32,000 nt of DNA from NCBI RefSeq assembly GCF_009557235.1, contig NZ_CP045650.1, positions 1,440,001 through 1,472,000 on the forward strand. Direction: 5' to 3'. Below the pieces are notes generated by a model, which ran no database searches, had not been told where the DNA came from, and worked only from the letters and a program-made list of their open reading frames with translations. Shown here one piece after another: positions 6,717-17,529 of this stretch. The stretch's first letter is position 1, and every line of letters begins with the position of its first letter. The stretch comes from Acinetobacter wanghuae. GTDB taxonomy: Bacteria; Pseudomonadota; Gammaproteobacteria; Pseudomonadales; Moraxellaceae. A program made the position numbers and the translations under genes.

Positions 6717-7922
6717 ATGTTTCAACATGTAGATCATTATGCAGGTGACCCGATTCTGTCTTTGATGGAAGAATTTGGTAAAGATGAACGCACGCAAAAA
6801 GTGAATTTGAGTATTGGTCTTTATTATAACGAAGACAATATTGTTCCTCAGCTCAATGCCATAAAAACGGCATATAAAAATATTGAGCCGAGCAATGATC
6901 AGGTTAAACTTTACTTACCGATGGATGGTTTGAAGTCTTATAATCAAGCAACACAAGCCCTTGTTTTAGGTGAAGATAGTCCTGCACGTCGTGATGGACG
7001 TGCTGTAACCATTCAAACCTTAGGTGGTTCAGGCGCACTGAAAGTGGGCGCGGATTTCCTGAAAAAATATTTCCCTGAATCGGACATTTGGGTGAGCCAA
7101 CCGACATGGGAAAACCACATTGCGATCTTTAATGGCGCTGGCATTCAATCTCATTTCTATCCGTACTTTGATGCCAATACCAATGGTGTCAATGTGGCAG
7201 CTATGCTTGAATGCTTAAACCAATTGCCTGCCAAGAGCATTGTATTATTGCATCCATGTTGCCATAACCCCACAGGTGCCGATTTAGTCCCTGCCGAATG
7301 GGATCAAGTGATCGAAGTCTTAAAGCAACGTGATTTAATTCCATTCCTCGATATTGCGTATCAAGGTTTTGGTCAAGGTTTAGAGCAAGATGCGTATGCA
7401 ATTCGTGCTTTAGATCGTGCTGGCATGAATTTTATTGTCAGCAATTCGTTCTCTAAAATCTTCTCGCTTTATGGCGAACGCATTGGCGGTTTAACCTTTG
7501 TTTGTGATGATCAAGCGACAGCGCAAACCGTATTGGGACAATTAAAAGCGACTGTGCGCCGTATTTATTCAAGTCCAGCGACCACAGGTGCCTTACTTGT
7601 CAATAATGTGTTGAATGATGCTGAACTCACTGCAGAATGGCAGGCTGAACTGACTGAAATGCGTGAACGTATTATTCGAATGCGTCACCTTTTAAATGAA
7701 AAATTAAGCCAAGCGTTGCCTGAACGCGACTTTAGCTATTTGGTCAAACAACAAGGCATGTTTAGCTATACGGGTTTAAGTGCTGAACAAGTAGATATCT
7801 TAAAATTACAATACGGTATTTATTTGGTTCGTAGTGGTCGTATGTGTGCCGCGGGACTGAATTTAAGTAATATTGATTATGTTGCTGACTCAATTGCAGC
7901 CGTGCTTCAAGCGACAGCTTAA
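6717..7922 (+). CDS. tyrB: Aromatic-amino-acid aminotransferase (class I PLP enzyme)
   Basis: [23 protein letters not shown], the [18 protein letters not shown]-lysine motif and SGRMC are present. It is colinear with E. coli TyrB/AspC. The AGGA RBS lies at 6706-6709. Confidence 0.88.
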   Translation: MFQHVDHYAGDPILSLMEEFGKDERTQKVNLSIGLYYNEDNIVPQLNAIKTAYKNIEPSNDQVKLYLPMDGLKSYNQATQALVLGEDSPARRDGRAVTIQTLGGSGALKVGADFLKKYFPESDIWVSQPTWENHIAIFNGAGIQSHFYPYFDANTNGVNVAAMLECLNQLPAKSIVLLHPCCHNPTGADLVPAEWDQVIEVLKQRDLIPFLDIAYQGFGQGLEQDAYAIRALDRAGMNFIVSNSFSKIFSLYGERIGGLTFVCDDQATAQTVLGQLKATVRRIYSSPATTGALLVNNVLNDAELTAEWQAELTEMRERIIRMRHLLNEKLSQALPERDFSYLVKQQGMFSYTGLSAEQVDILKLQYGIYLVRSGRMCAAGLNLSNIDYVADSIAAVLQATA

Positions 7923-7932
7923 TCTATCCAAT

Positions 7933-7961
7933 AAAAAAACGGGCTGAATGCCCGTTTTTTT
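7933..7961. terminator. Bidirectional intrinsic terminator (tyrB / adhC convergent)
   Basis: An A-run (7933-7939) precedes CGGGC (7940-7944), a 5-nt loop and GCCCG (7950-7954). A T-run follows (7955-7961). Confidence 0.85.
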
Positions 7962-7977
7962 ATGTCTTCCAACTTAA

Positions 7978-9129
<1,152 letters not shown>

Positions 9130-9214
9130 CTAACAGTAACCGCTTTCTATTCTTTGATTCAACCATTAACATCAAAATATAACGAAGAAAAAGTCCTTAA
9201 CTTACGGAACTTAA

Positions 9215-10771
9215 ATGACAAAACTGAAGTTTTGCATGCTCACTTATCTGACATGTTTAGTTTTTCTATTATCGGGGTGTGATTTAGCTGCCAACACAGC
9301 ACAAAAATCCGCTGAAACAAAAATGCAGACTGAGCATTGGATTACTCAAAATGAGTCACGTCAAAAATTTGCTTTAGGACAAACGGCTTATTTACCGCTT
9401 TTTGATGGCTTTATGAGTATATCATCGCGTCTTTATTTGATTAATCATGCGAAATATACCCTCGATTTACAATATTACATTTGGCGAGATGACTATATTG
9501 GCAATTTAATGCTAAGCCAATTACTCAGTGCCGCAGATCGTGGCGTTAAAGTTCGTTTACTTATTGATGATCAAAATGGCAATCAACTCGATAAAAAATT
9601 AAGTGCTTTAAGCCAACACCCCAATATCGAAATCAGAATTTTTAATCCCTATTACTTTCGAGATTTCCGTGTACTAGATTATGCACTGCGTTTTAAACAT
9701 ATCAATCATCGCATGCATAATAAACTCATTGTTGCCGATGGCGCGGTTGCTGTTACAGGTGGACGTAATATTAGCAGTGAGTACTTCGATGCCAGTTATC
9801 AATTTCAGTTTACTGATGTAGATATTTTCTTTGCCGGTCAAGCGGTGAAAGCCGCCAATCAAAGCTTTTGGCAATTTTGGAATGACCCTTTAAGTTATCA
9901 AATTAATGGGCTCATCAGTACGCCGCAAAATTCACGTCATTTGGTCGAATTACGTAAGTTTTTTATAAATGCACGTGGTTCTCAAAAAACACTCAAGAAA
10001 CGTATTGATATGGCTGAAAAAGAATTAGCCAATCACCTTGAACAACGACCAATACAGTGGGCAAAAGCCCATTTTGTTGCGGATCATCCCAATAAAATTC
10101 GAAATAATGCGGCAAAATCGGAGCGTATATATAGCCAAATGCTGAATTTGATGGGTGAACCGAAACATCACCTTGAATTGGTGTCTGCCTATTTTGTTCC
10201 AACCCAATGGGGTGCGGACTATTTAAGCCAACGTGCAAAAAATGGTATTGATATTCGAATTTTAACCAATTCATTTATGGCGAATGACGTAGCGGTTGTA
10301 CATGCCTTTTACCAAAAATACCGTAAACAACTGCTCAAAAATGGCGTTAAGCTTTGGGAATTTAAACCTTATATTGAGCGTGGTGAGCGAACATGGTATG
10401 AGCGCATGACCGGCAATATTATTCCAGCGAAAAACAAAAACAGTTCGAGCTTACATGCGAAATTTTTTGATGTGGATGGGATGGTGTTTATTGGATCGTT
10501 TAATTTTGATCCACGCTCAGCTTATCTGAATACTGAAGTCGGTTTGGTAGTGGAATCTGATCAATTACAAAATGAAATTTCAGCCAATTTAAATCGCTAT
10601 TTACCGCAAGTGGCATATGAACTCAAACTCAATGATAAAGATGAGATTATTTGGCTTGATCATCAAAAAAATGGCACAGTAAAGATACTAACTCATGAAC
10701 CTGAAACGACCCGATTTCAACGTTGGATCATTCATACGGTTGCAAAAACCCCATTTGAATGGATGATGTAA
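9215..10771 (+). CDS. Phospholipase D family lipoprotein (two HKD motifs)
   Basis: A signal peptide with lipobox LLSGC is present. The HxKxxxxD motifs are HNKLIVAD and HAKFFDVD. Confidence 0.85.
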   Translation: MTKLKFCMLTYLTCLVFLLSGCDLAANTAQKSAETKMQTEHWITQNESRQKFALGQTAYLPLFDGFMSISSRLYLINHAKYTLDLQYYIWRDDYIGNLMLSQLLSAADRGVKVRLLIDDQNGNQLDKKLSALSQHPNIEIRIFNPYYFRDFRVLDYALRFKHINHRMHNKLIVADGAVAVTGGRNISSEYFDASYQFQFTDVDIFFAGQAVKAANQSFWQFWNDPLSYQINGLISTPQNSRHLVELRKFFINARGSQKTLKKRIDMAEKELANHLEQRPIQWAKAHFVADHPNKIRNNAAKSERIYSQMLNLMGEPKHHLELVSAYFVPTQWGADYLSQRAKNGIDIRILTNSFMANDVAVVHAFYQKYRKQLLKNGVKLWEFKPYIERGERTWYERMTGNIIPAKNKNSSSLHAKFFDVDGMVFIGSFNFDPRSAYLNTEVGLVVESDQLQNEISANLNRYLPQVAYELKLNDKDEIIWLDHQKNGTVKILTHEPETTRFQRWIIHTVAKTPFEWMM

Positions 10772-10856
10772 TGACAATATCATTGCGAAGATGGATGAAT
10801 TTTACTTGTAGTAACAATAATCGCTTATGTATCATCCATTCCACTATGATTAGAAT

Positions 10857-10890
10857 ATGACTCTATCTTGATGAAGGGAGTCATCATTTT
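10857..10890 (+). terminator. Possible terminator after the PLD gene
   Basis: ATGACTC (10857-10863) pairs with GAGTCAT (10878-10884), followed by CATTTT. The loop is long and the T-tract short. Confidence 0.4.
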
Positions 10891-11006
10891 AGATAGCTCT
10901 TATTATATTTAAATGAACTCAAAACCTGCAAAGATTTTACCTGAGCGGCATATTGCTCTAAAATTACACTTTTCATGTATTTTGCGATTATTCTCGCCCA
11001 TCTCCC

Positions 11007-11444
11007 ATGCAATTTTTTGATCTCAATCGTCAGTTTAAACTCAGTGATATTCTCACACCCTATAAAACTTTAAATGAACTTGCCGAGCAAGAATGGTTTT
11101 TAGCCAAAGTTCGTGTTGAACATAATTGTTTATCGGATTCAGAGGTCGTTGAAGGTCAAGTCGTTTTAAAATCGAATCAAAATATTCAGATTGAGCTCGA
11201 ATGGCTCATTCAAGACACTGGTTTTGAGTTGCAAGTTTTATTCAAAGGTATTGAAACGGCTGCCTGTGAAGAAACATTGGTCGTGGTAAAAAGCGCTCAA
11301 TTGGTGGATGACGAGCAACAATTGATTTCTTCACAAGTATTAAGTCTTTGGATTGACGGTACTTTATTGCCTTTACTGCCTCATATTCGTAAAGAAATTA
11401 AAGCACGTTTAAATTTGTGGGATTATGTTGAATACGATGGCTAG
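11007..11444 (+). CDS. Hypothetical protein, acidic, no recognisable motif
   Basis: A 145-aa ORF with no competing ORF. I do not recognise the family. Confidence 0.5.
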   Translation: MQFFDLNRQFKLSDILTPYKTLNELAEQEWFLAKVRVEHNCLSDSEVVEGQVVLKSNQNIQIELEWLIQDTGFELQVLFKGIETAACEETLVVVKSAQLVDDEQQLISSQVLSLWIDGTLLPLLPHIRKEIKARLNLWDYVEYDG

Positions 11445-11552
11445 ATATGATGCGTTCTATCACATAGATATGCTGGCTCTAAAGAGCATTCGAATACTTT
11501 TCATAGAATCTATTGGATGATTTGCGTCAAATGACTCAGGAAACATAAAGTT

Positions 11553-12143
11553 TTAAAGCAATCCGATTTCTTTAAATAAAGCTCGATAGGCTGCAGCTTT
11601 TAGCTCAAGTTTTAAAGGATATGCTCTTGATGAAGACGGCATACGGTGCAAGTTGATCCTGCGATTGGCAAAATAAGTTTCAGTGCTTTGACCAATACTC
11701 GGCTTCAAGGTATCTAAAGACATACTTAGCATTAAAGTATCTGTGGCTTTGTCACCTGTTGTCATGATATGGCTACATTCAGGCATTTTCTTCAGTAGCA
11801 TGTCTAAGTCAGTAGGCGTGACTATTTCTAAAAATTTATCTGAAGCATTGCCTTTTAAACGTTTAATTTGGTACGCCGTATCAAAAATGGCGATGCCTTT
11901 TTCATTCAAAAAATCACGAATATTTTGTTGATGAAATTTTTTATTGGCGATATCTAAAAAGTAGTCTTTATTGTTAAAAAAGCAAAGACCAAAAATCCGC
12001 CACATATCATTTTGATAATTCGGATAGTAAAAGCGCATTTTCCATCGCGATTCAGCAGGTGGAAAGCTACCGAGCATAAGCAGCTTGGCATGCACAGGTG
12101 TAAATGGTTCTAACGGATGCGTTTCAATCGCAATTTCAGTCAT
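11553..12143 (-). CDS. Uracil-DNA glycosylase superfamily protein (deoxyinosine/hypoxanthine-DNA glycosylase-like)
   Basis: The N-terminal LMLGSFPP...FYYPNYQNDMWRIF and C-terminal MPSSSRA motifs resemble UDG family 6-type proteins, from memory. Length is 196 aa. Confidence 0.55.
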   Translation of the reverse strand: MTEIAIETHPLEPFTPVHAKLLMLGSFPPAESRWKMRFYYPNYQNDMWRIFGLCFFNNKDYFLDIANKKFHQQNIRDFLNEKGIAIFDTAYQIKRLKGNASDKFLEIVTPTDLDMLLKKMPECSHIMTTGDKATDTLMLSMSLDTLKPSIGQSTETYFANRRINLHRMPSSSRAYPLKLELKAAAYRALFKEIGLL

Positions 12144-12249
12144 TGATACGATGCATCATTAATTAAATTAGATATATTTAAACATTATTTAAAAGAAAAA
12201 TGAGATGTCATTTCTTTAAAATAAAGCCCTGCTTTGGATGAGCTGCTGC

Positions 12250-12375
12250 TTATTTATCTTGATCCATGGAATGTGGTGTTGTGGACTGATCTTGTTGATT
12301 GGTATCAGTATCTCTTTTTTGGCACGCGGTTAAACCCAACATTAAAACTAAACTAACAATTGCAATGGCTTTCAT
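12250..12375 (-). CDS. Small lipoprotein, 41 aa (MKAIAIVSLVLMLGLTACQKRDTDTNQQDQSTTPHSMDQDK)
   Basis: The internal ATG at 12375 yields a canonical signal peptide with lipobox LTAC. The longer 61-aa version adds a Cys-rich, non-signal-like N-terminus. Confidence 0.5.
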   Translation of the reverse strand: MKAIAIVSLVLMLGLTACQKRDTDTNQQDQSTTPHSMDQDK

Positions 12376-12470
12376 GAGATTGATCTCGTTAAGTACGCAT
12401 AGACAATGAATGTAGCAAAAGTTAGGCGACTGCAATGTTGATTTTCTGCAATGTTATATATCTAGATCGC

Positions 12471-13181
12471 TTAATCATACGATGTAATTTTATCTGCCAC
12501 CGCTTTTGCCCATAGCGCGTATACCGCTTTACTCGGATGAAATCCATCACTTGCCATGTCTAAATTGAGTTGCTGATATTGTTCAATATCATATTCTATC
12601 CACTGCATATTCGACTTTTCACGGACTAATTCTGCTAATTTTTCATTCATTTTTTTCGCATATTGACCAAACAACCAAGCTAAAGGATTAGGTAATGCCG
12701 GAAACATATCCATAGGTGGCACACCCGTGGCAATGATCAATTGTGGAGTAAATTGCTGTTCAACATATCGATAAAGTTCACGCTGTTTCTTTATCCATTG
12801 GTTGGGACACATCAGTTTAGTGACGTCATTTACCCCTACTGAGCTAACAACGACATCATAATGTTGTTGTTCAAGTTGCTTCACGGCTTGAATGATTTTT
12901 GCAGAATCATGGCCAGTTTTTGCATGCAGCTTCCATGTGATTTCAAATTTTGTTGCTAGTTCTTCTAAAAGAGCGCCTGATAAGGCATCTGCTTGATGTT
13001 CAACCCCAACACCGGCAGCAGCAGAATCGCCAACAATTAAAATGGAAAGCACTGGTCCTGTTCCAACATGCCCTTCACGTGCACCTTGCGGTTCAGGCAA
13101 TACAGGTGTCTTTTTCTTCACTTGATAACCTTGAATAATAAGAATAGGAAGCAGTGCAATGGTCGAGAGCTTTAATAACAT
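12471..13181 (-). CDS. SGNH/GDSL-family hydrolase (lipase/acylhydrolase-like)
   Basis: Block I GDSAAAG and block V DGFHPS are present. The N-terminal segment is hydrophobic. Confidence 0.75.
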   Translation of the reverse strand: MLLKLSTIALLPILIIQGYQVKKKTPVLPEPQGAREGHVGTGPVLSILIVGDSAAAGVGVEHQADALSGALLEELATKFEITWKLHAKTGHDSAKIIQAVKQLEQQHYDVVVSSVGVNDVTKLMCPNQWIKKQRELYRYVEQQFTPQLIIATGVPPMDMFPALPNPLAWLFGQYAKKMNEKLAELVREKSNMQWIEYDIEQYQQLNLDMASDGFHPSKAVYALWAKAVADKITSYD

Positions 13182-13294
13182 GATTTCAGATGCATGGATG
13201 GTTCAGTTGGATTCTATCTTTGAATCAAAGACTTGTCATCCAAATGAATGCTTATATGAAAATGCGTAAATTGGGATGTATTCATTAACAGATA

Positions 13295-13324
13295 TAAAAA
13301 AATCCCACATAAAGTGGGATTTTA
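13295..13324. terminator. Bidirectional intrinsic terminator
   Basis: An A-run precedes ATCCCAC (13302-13308), a 5-nt loop and GTGGGAT (13314-13320), followed by TTTTAAAAA. It lies downstream of the desaturase stop on the minus strand. Confidence 0.75.
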
Positions 13325-13333
13325 AAAATAGCT

Positions 13334-14396
13334 TTATTTGGCTTTAATGTCGTTCCAACGATTCATCCGTTTAAATGTACCCAAATCATTAAAGCGTACC
13401 CCGACTTCTTTCATCACTTTATGCGCCGTTTTTGCGGTCATCTGACGAATATAAAATGGTTCTTTCACCACAAAATGATGAATCGCATGGGTTGCACCAA
13501 AATTAAAACAGAAAATTTGAAATGGTGTCAGCCACCACGGTGTTAAGACTTGGGTTTGTTTAATCACATTACGTGGATCAATATCGCCATAGTAGTGCAT
13601 ATTGGAACTGACAAACTGCAAACTAAAAGAACGTACGAAATTGGGTAAAATCCAAATGACTGCCAATAGATTCACAATAGGCATTACCTTAATAATGCTT
13701 GCTGCCCATAATACGTCGTAGCCAAACATCGCTGTTGTCGCATTCGCAATATGATAGATCGCAAATAGATACATCAAGCCATAATAGATAAAACTGAGCG
13801 GAATAAAGCCGAGCAATTGTGAAAGCATGACGGTTTTACGTTCAATTTTCTGGTTGTTTATCCAAATATGCATGAATCATTTTGAACATCTGTATTGGGC
13901 GTAAATACACAGACATGAGTTGGTCACTAATCACTAAAATGCGACGTATTCCCCAAGGCATACCATTACTAATGCCACGTTCTTCTAAATCGTGTTCAGT
14001 ACCTGAGTATTTATGATGATGTAAATGCATGCGTCGACGTGTCCACGGACTAATCGTATTGGGGCGCGCCAGCCATACCAGTGCTAACATCAAATGATGT
14101 GCCCATGGTCTTTTCTTAAAATACATATAATGAATTAAATCATGTTCAAGTTCATGAGTTAATGAAGCAAAAATCGCAACTAAAGGAATAGTCAGCCATG
14201 CATGAATATGTCCATAAATATAAGCTAAAGCTGTCGCAATCATGCCCATCCACGCAAAAGCCAATATACTCGCACCGATGAAATTTTGATGTTTGAGTAT
14301 TGGATAGCGCTCACGGAGATCATCGCCGGCCTGCATCACAACTTTTCTGACCTTAGAAATTCGCTGCTGATCAGTCATCTCTGAAGATAATGACAT
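13334..14396 (-). pseudogene. Fatty acid desaturase family gene split by a frameshift
   Basis: The upstream ORF (14396-13842) carries His boxes HELEHDLIH and HLHHHKYSG. The downstream ORF (13873-13334) carries the third box HAIHHFV. The two ORFs overlap by 32 nt in different frames. Removing one base near 13842-13849 would fuse them (…DKQPENERKTVMLSQLL…). Confidence 0.6.
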
Positions 14397-14644
14397 AGGG
14401 ACAACCTTTAATTTATAGACAGTTGTACATTAAAGGAAATTGAAAAAAAAAGAAGATCAAAATTCTAGATTTGAGCGAGTATGCATAAGGAATGAGCGCT
14501 TTTTACATTTAAATGCTCAGTTTAAAAAAGAATGGATATTTTATGCAGTAAATGGTCGTGTAATTTATAAATGCTGCTTAATTAATCCTTATAAATTTGT
14601 TAAAAATAGAACATCTTAATGACAAAAATAGCGCTATCTGGATT

Positions 14645-14670
14645 AAAAAAGCCCCAATAAACGGGACTTT
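14645..14670 (-). terminator. Intrinsic terminator after the small secreted protein gene
   Basis: On the minus strand AGUCCC pairs with GGGGCU (one G.U pair), followed by UUUUUU (A-run 14645-14650 on plus). Confidence 0.65.
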
Positions 14671-14688
14671 TGAATATCTCATGAGCCA

Positions 14689-15030
14689 TTAACGACGCAT
14701 ATTGGGTTTAAAAGTGATGTCGCATTTGCCCGCGATATTTTTACCATCTACTTTGACAACAGCAGCTGTTCCTTTTGCTTTACCTTTACAAGTATTTTGA
14801 ACCGCAGGATTACGCATTGCACCACGTTCTAATGCTTGAGGATTATTGGCTTTAAAACCAATTTGACAGCTTCCCTCAATCGTACGATCACCATGCTTTG
14901 ATACAACTTTGCTATTCAGTGCTTTGCCTTGGCAGAGTTTAGACATATCTGGACGCTTCGCGTCGGGTGCTGCATGTACAACAGTGATCGCCGTTAATAG
15001 TGTTGCAATAGCAAGCGCAATTTTTTTCAT
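14689..15030 (-). CDS. Small secreted protein with an internal two-Cys tandem duplication
   Basis: The signal peptide is MKKIALAIATLLTAITVVHA. Two repeats of about 32 aa align: CQGKALNSKVVSKHGDRTIEGSCQIGFKAN and CKGKAKGTAAVVKVDGKNIAGKCDITFKPN. Confidence 0.65.
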   Translation of the reverse strand: MKKIALAIATLLTAITVVHAAPDAKRPDMSKLCQGKALNSKVVSKHGDRTIEGSCQIGFKANNPQALERGAMRNPAVQNTCKGKAKGTAAVVKVDGKNIAGKCDITFKPNMRR

Positions 15031-15270
15031 AAGGATTCTCTTTTATATGAGATTGATTATCGTTTGATATTGTATTTGAGAATTGTGGAGAAATTCGTGA
15101 GATTCCAAAAAGAATAAAATGATAAAAGAAAATGCGATTGGCTCGACATTAATGGTGATTTTAACCAACCAATTCATAATACATATACCTGATTTTTAAC
15201 AATATTTATATTTATTATTCATAGCAAAGCTTCTAATCTTATTTATACATGGGATGAAGAAGCCAAGACA

Positions 15271-15960
15271 ATGACAACAAATAAAGCGATACCTCCAAAG
15301 AAAGCCAATACTTTAACTGCTTCGAATTGGCTCAAAAGCATTCAAAAACAGAATGATAGTCTTGAATTTCGTACCAATGCACAGCAGATTTTTCAGCAAA
15401 TTCGGCAGCAACCAAGTATTGAGCAACAGCAAAATGATTTACGTGAGAACTTTGAATTGCTCTCACAGCGCCCCTTGATTCGTTTGCAAACTCAACGTTT
15501 ATTTCATGATTATGTACAGCAACAGCAAAACTTAGAGCAGACATTTTCGAGTTTTCAAACCATATGGAATGAACAGCTTGTCATCCATTCAAATACGTTA
15601 AAACAAATAGATCCAAACTATATTAGCCCAAGGTTTGCCAATGCTGATACTTCGCGCTATAAGCAATATCTCATTCAGTTGATGTTTATTCTGCTGTCTA
15701 TCAATCCTGTTGAAATAAATGCACCGCAATATTTGGCGAATTTTGTGGAATGGATGAATGGTATTGCCCAAGCCAAAACGACGGCAAAAGTGACGTTACG
15801 CATCAAGCCTGATATTCAAAGTGATATGCTAATTGAATTGCCTAAACATGCCATTGTGAACGTCTACTCAGATGAAAATACATTATGGAAAAAGATCCGT
15901 TTCAGCAATGACAATCAGGAAAGCTTTGGCTATGTGATGTCTGCATATTTAAAGTTTTGA
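15271..15960 (+). CDS. Hypothetical Gln-rich protein with a C-terminal bacterial SH3-like segment
   Basis: A 229-aa ORF. Its C-terminal ~60 aa (VTLRIKPDIQSDMLIELPKHAIVNVYSDENTLWKKIRF...GYVMSAYLKF) look like an SH3b domain. Confidence 0.55.
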   Translation: MTTNKAIPPKKANTLTASNWLKSIQKQNDSLEFRTNAQQIFQQIRQQPSIEQQQNDLRENFELLSQRPLIRLQTQRLFHDYVQQQQNLEQTFSSFQTIWNEQLVIHSNTLKQIDPNYISPRFANADTSRYKQYLIQLMFILLSINPVEINAPQYLANFVEWMNGIAQAKTTAKVTLRIKPDIQSDMLIELPKHAIVNVYSDENTLWKKIRFSNDNQESFGYVMSAYLKF

Positions 15961-16021
15961 TTTATTAGTTTTTACGGATTTTTGATACTTATTGATATGA
16001 TTTATTTAGGTTTTTAAAAAT

Positions 16022-16044
16022 AAAAAGCCCCTTTCGGAGCTTTT
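16022..16044. terminator. Bidirectional intrinsic terminator
   Basis: AAAAAGCCCCTTTCGGAGCTTTT has an imperfect GC stem with a TTTC loop, flanked by A and T runs. It lies between convergent genes. Confidence 0.7.
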
Positions 16045-16058
16045 GAATCAATCAAACA

Positions 16059-16802
16059 TTAACCTAATTTATTTACTAGTTTTAGCGGTAATATTTTCAT
16101 CGCTAAACCAAGCGGTAACCACGGCCATTTAGGTACATAGGCTTTCACGGGCGCTTTTTCAATTTCAGCAGCCAATAAGCGCGAACCAGTTTCCACATCG
16201 ACTTCAAACGGTAGTTTTTGTGCACCTTCATTAATTTCGGTACGAATATAACCGGGGAAAATAGTCGTCACTTTGATCGGTGTATGCAGTAATTCTGCAC
16301 GAATCCCCTCTGCTAAATGCGCAACGCCTGCTTTACTTGCACCATATGCGGTCAAATGCTTTGGCATACCACGCATGGCACTCATGGATGAAATCATGAC
16401 TAAATGTCCGGCATTTTGTGCACGGAAAATTTCTACGGCAGCTTCACATTGTGCCAATGCAGAAATAAAGTTGGTTTCAACCGTGGCTTTATTAATGGCA
16501 AAGTTGCCTTTACCAATACGACGTCCTTCCCCCACACCCGCATTGACAATAACGCGATCTAATTGACCAAAGTCTGCTTTAAAAGCACGAAATACCTCAA
16601 ACACTTGATCGTAATCGGTGACATCTAAAGTTTTAGCAATAACCTGAATACCATGTTGGCTTTCCAATTCTTGTTTTAATGCATCAAGGCGTTCCATACG
16701 ACGTGCGCAGATCGCAAGGTTATAGCCCTTTTTGGCAAATTCACGTGCCATTCCCGCACCAATGCCTGAACTTGCGCCTGTAATTAATATTGTTTTTGCC
16801 AT
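16059..16802 (-). CDS. SDR family oxidoreductase
   Basis: The TGASSGIGAG cofactor motif, NAG, and the YGASKAG catalytic YxxxK motif are present. Confidence 0.85.
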   Translation of the reverse strand: MAKTILITGASSGIGAGMAREFAKKGYNLAICARRMERLDALKQELESQHGIQVIAKTLDVTDYDQVFEVFRAFKADFGQLDRVIVNAGVGEGRRIGKGNFAINKATVETNFISALAQCEAAVEIFRAQNAGHLVMISSMSAMRGMPKHLTAYGASKAGVAHLAEGIRAELLHTPIKVTTIFPGYIRTEINEGAQKLPFEVDVETGSRLLAAEIEKAPVKAYVPKWPWLPLGLAMKILPLKLVNKLG

Positions 16803-16830
16803 GCTTTTATCCTTTTCATTCTTATTGCAA

Positions 16831-17529
16831 TTAAATCCATGTCAATAAATCAGGTTGTTTTGCTTTTATAAAATGATGTTCATTTAAACTCAATAATTGT
16901 GCTTCATTTCCAACTAAGCGTAGTGTCGTTAAACTGGTATTGGCAATTGCCCAATTCAATGCAAAGGTTTTTTCAGGGCTTAAGCCCAATAATTTTCCAA
17001 CGGCAACCGAAATGACGCCACCCGAAGTAAATACCACGGCATAACGTGGCTGCGTGTTTGCCAATTCATCACATAGATGTTGCAGACCATTTTCGACACG
17101 TGCCTTAAATTCAGGCCAAGATTCTTCATATTCATGGTGATAATCCCCACCCGTCCAACGTTCAATGGCACCTTCAAAAATTTTGCTTAAATAGGCACGT
17201 GGGTTTTCGTGCTGTGCAACATCCGCTTTAAGTAATTCAGGCTGATTAAAACGTGGTTCATATTGGGCAAAAACTTGCTGATGATTAAACTCATTCCAAG
17301 CAGGAATGGTCACAATCTCACTTTCGGGAAAGCATTCAGCTAAACAAATTTTTGCGGTTTGCTGATGACGCTGCATCGAACCTGCGACAACATAAGGTGC
17401 TTCTTTTAAGATGTCATCCAAATATTGACCTAAAAGTTTGGCTTGTTGTTCTCCATTCGGAGAAAGTTTGTCATAACTTTCAGCACCAAAAGATGCTTGA
17501 CCATGACGGACTAAATAGATGGTGGTCAT
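16831..17529 (-). CDS. Histidine phosphatase (phosphoglycerate mutase-like) family protein
   Basis: The N-terminal IYLVRHGQ (RHG motif) is present. Its start overlaps the stop of the upstream kinase-like gene by 4 nt. Confidence 0.8.
   Translation of the reverse strand: MTTIYLVRHGQASFGAESYDKLSPNGEQQAKLLGQYLDDILKEAPYVVAGSMQRHQQTAKICLAECFPESEIVTIPAWNEFNHQQVFAQYEPRFNQPELLKADVAQHENPRAYLSKIFEGAIERWTGGDYHHEYEESWPEFKARVENGLQHLCDELANTQPRYAVVFTSGGVISVAVGKLLGLSPEKTFALNWAIANTSLTTLRLVGNEAQLLSLNEHHFIKAKQPDLLTWI

Noticed and set aside
10770-10860. A 29-codon ORF immediately after the PLD stop (MTISLRRWMNFTCSNNNRLCIIHSTMIRI).
   Set aside because: It has no RBS, and such ORFs are expected by chance in AT-rich spacers. 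The region more plausibly just contains the PLD terminator hairpin.
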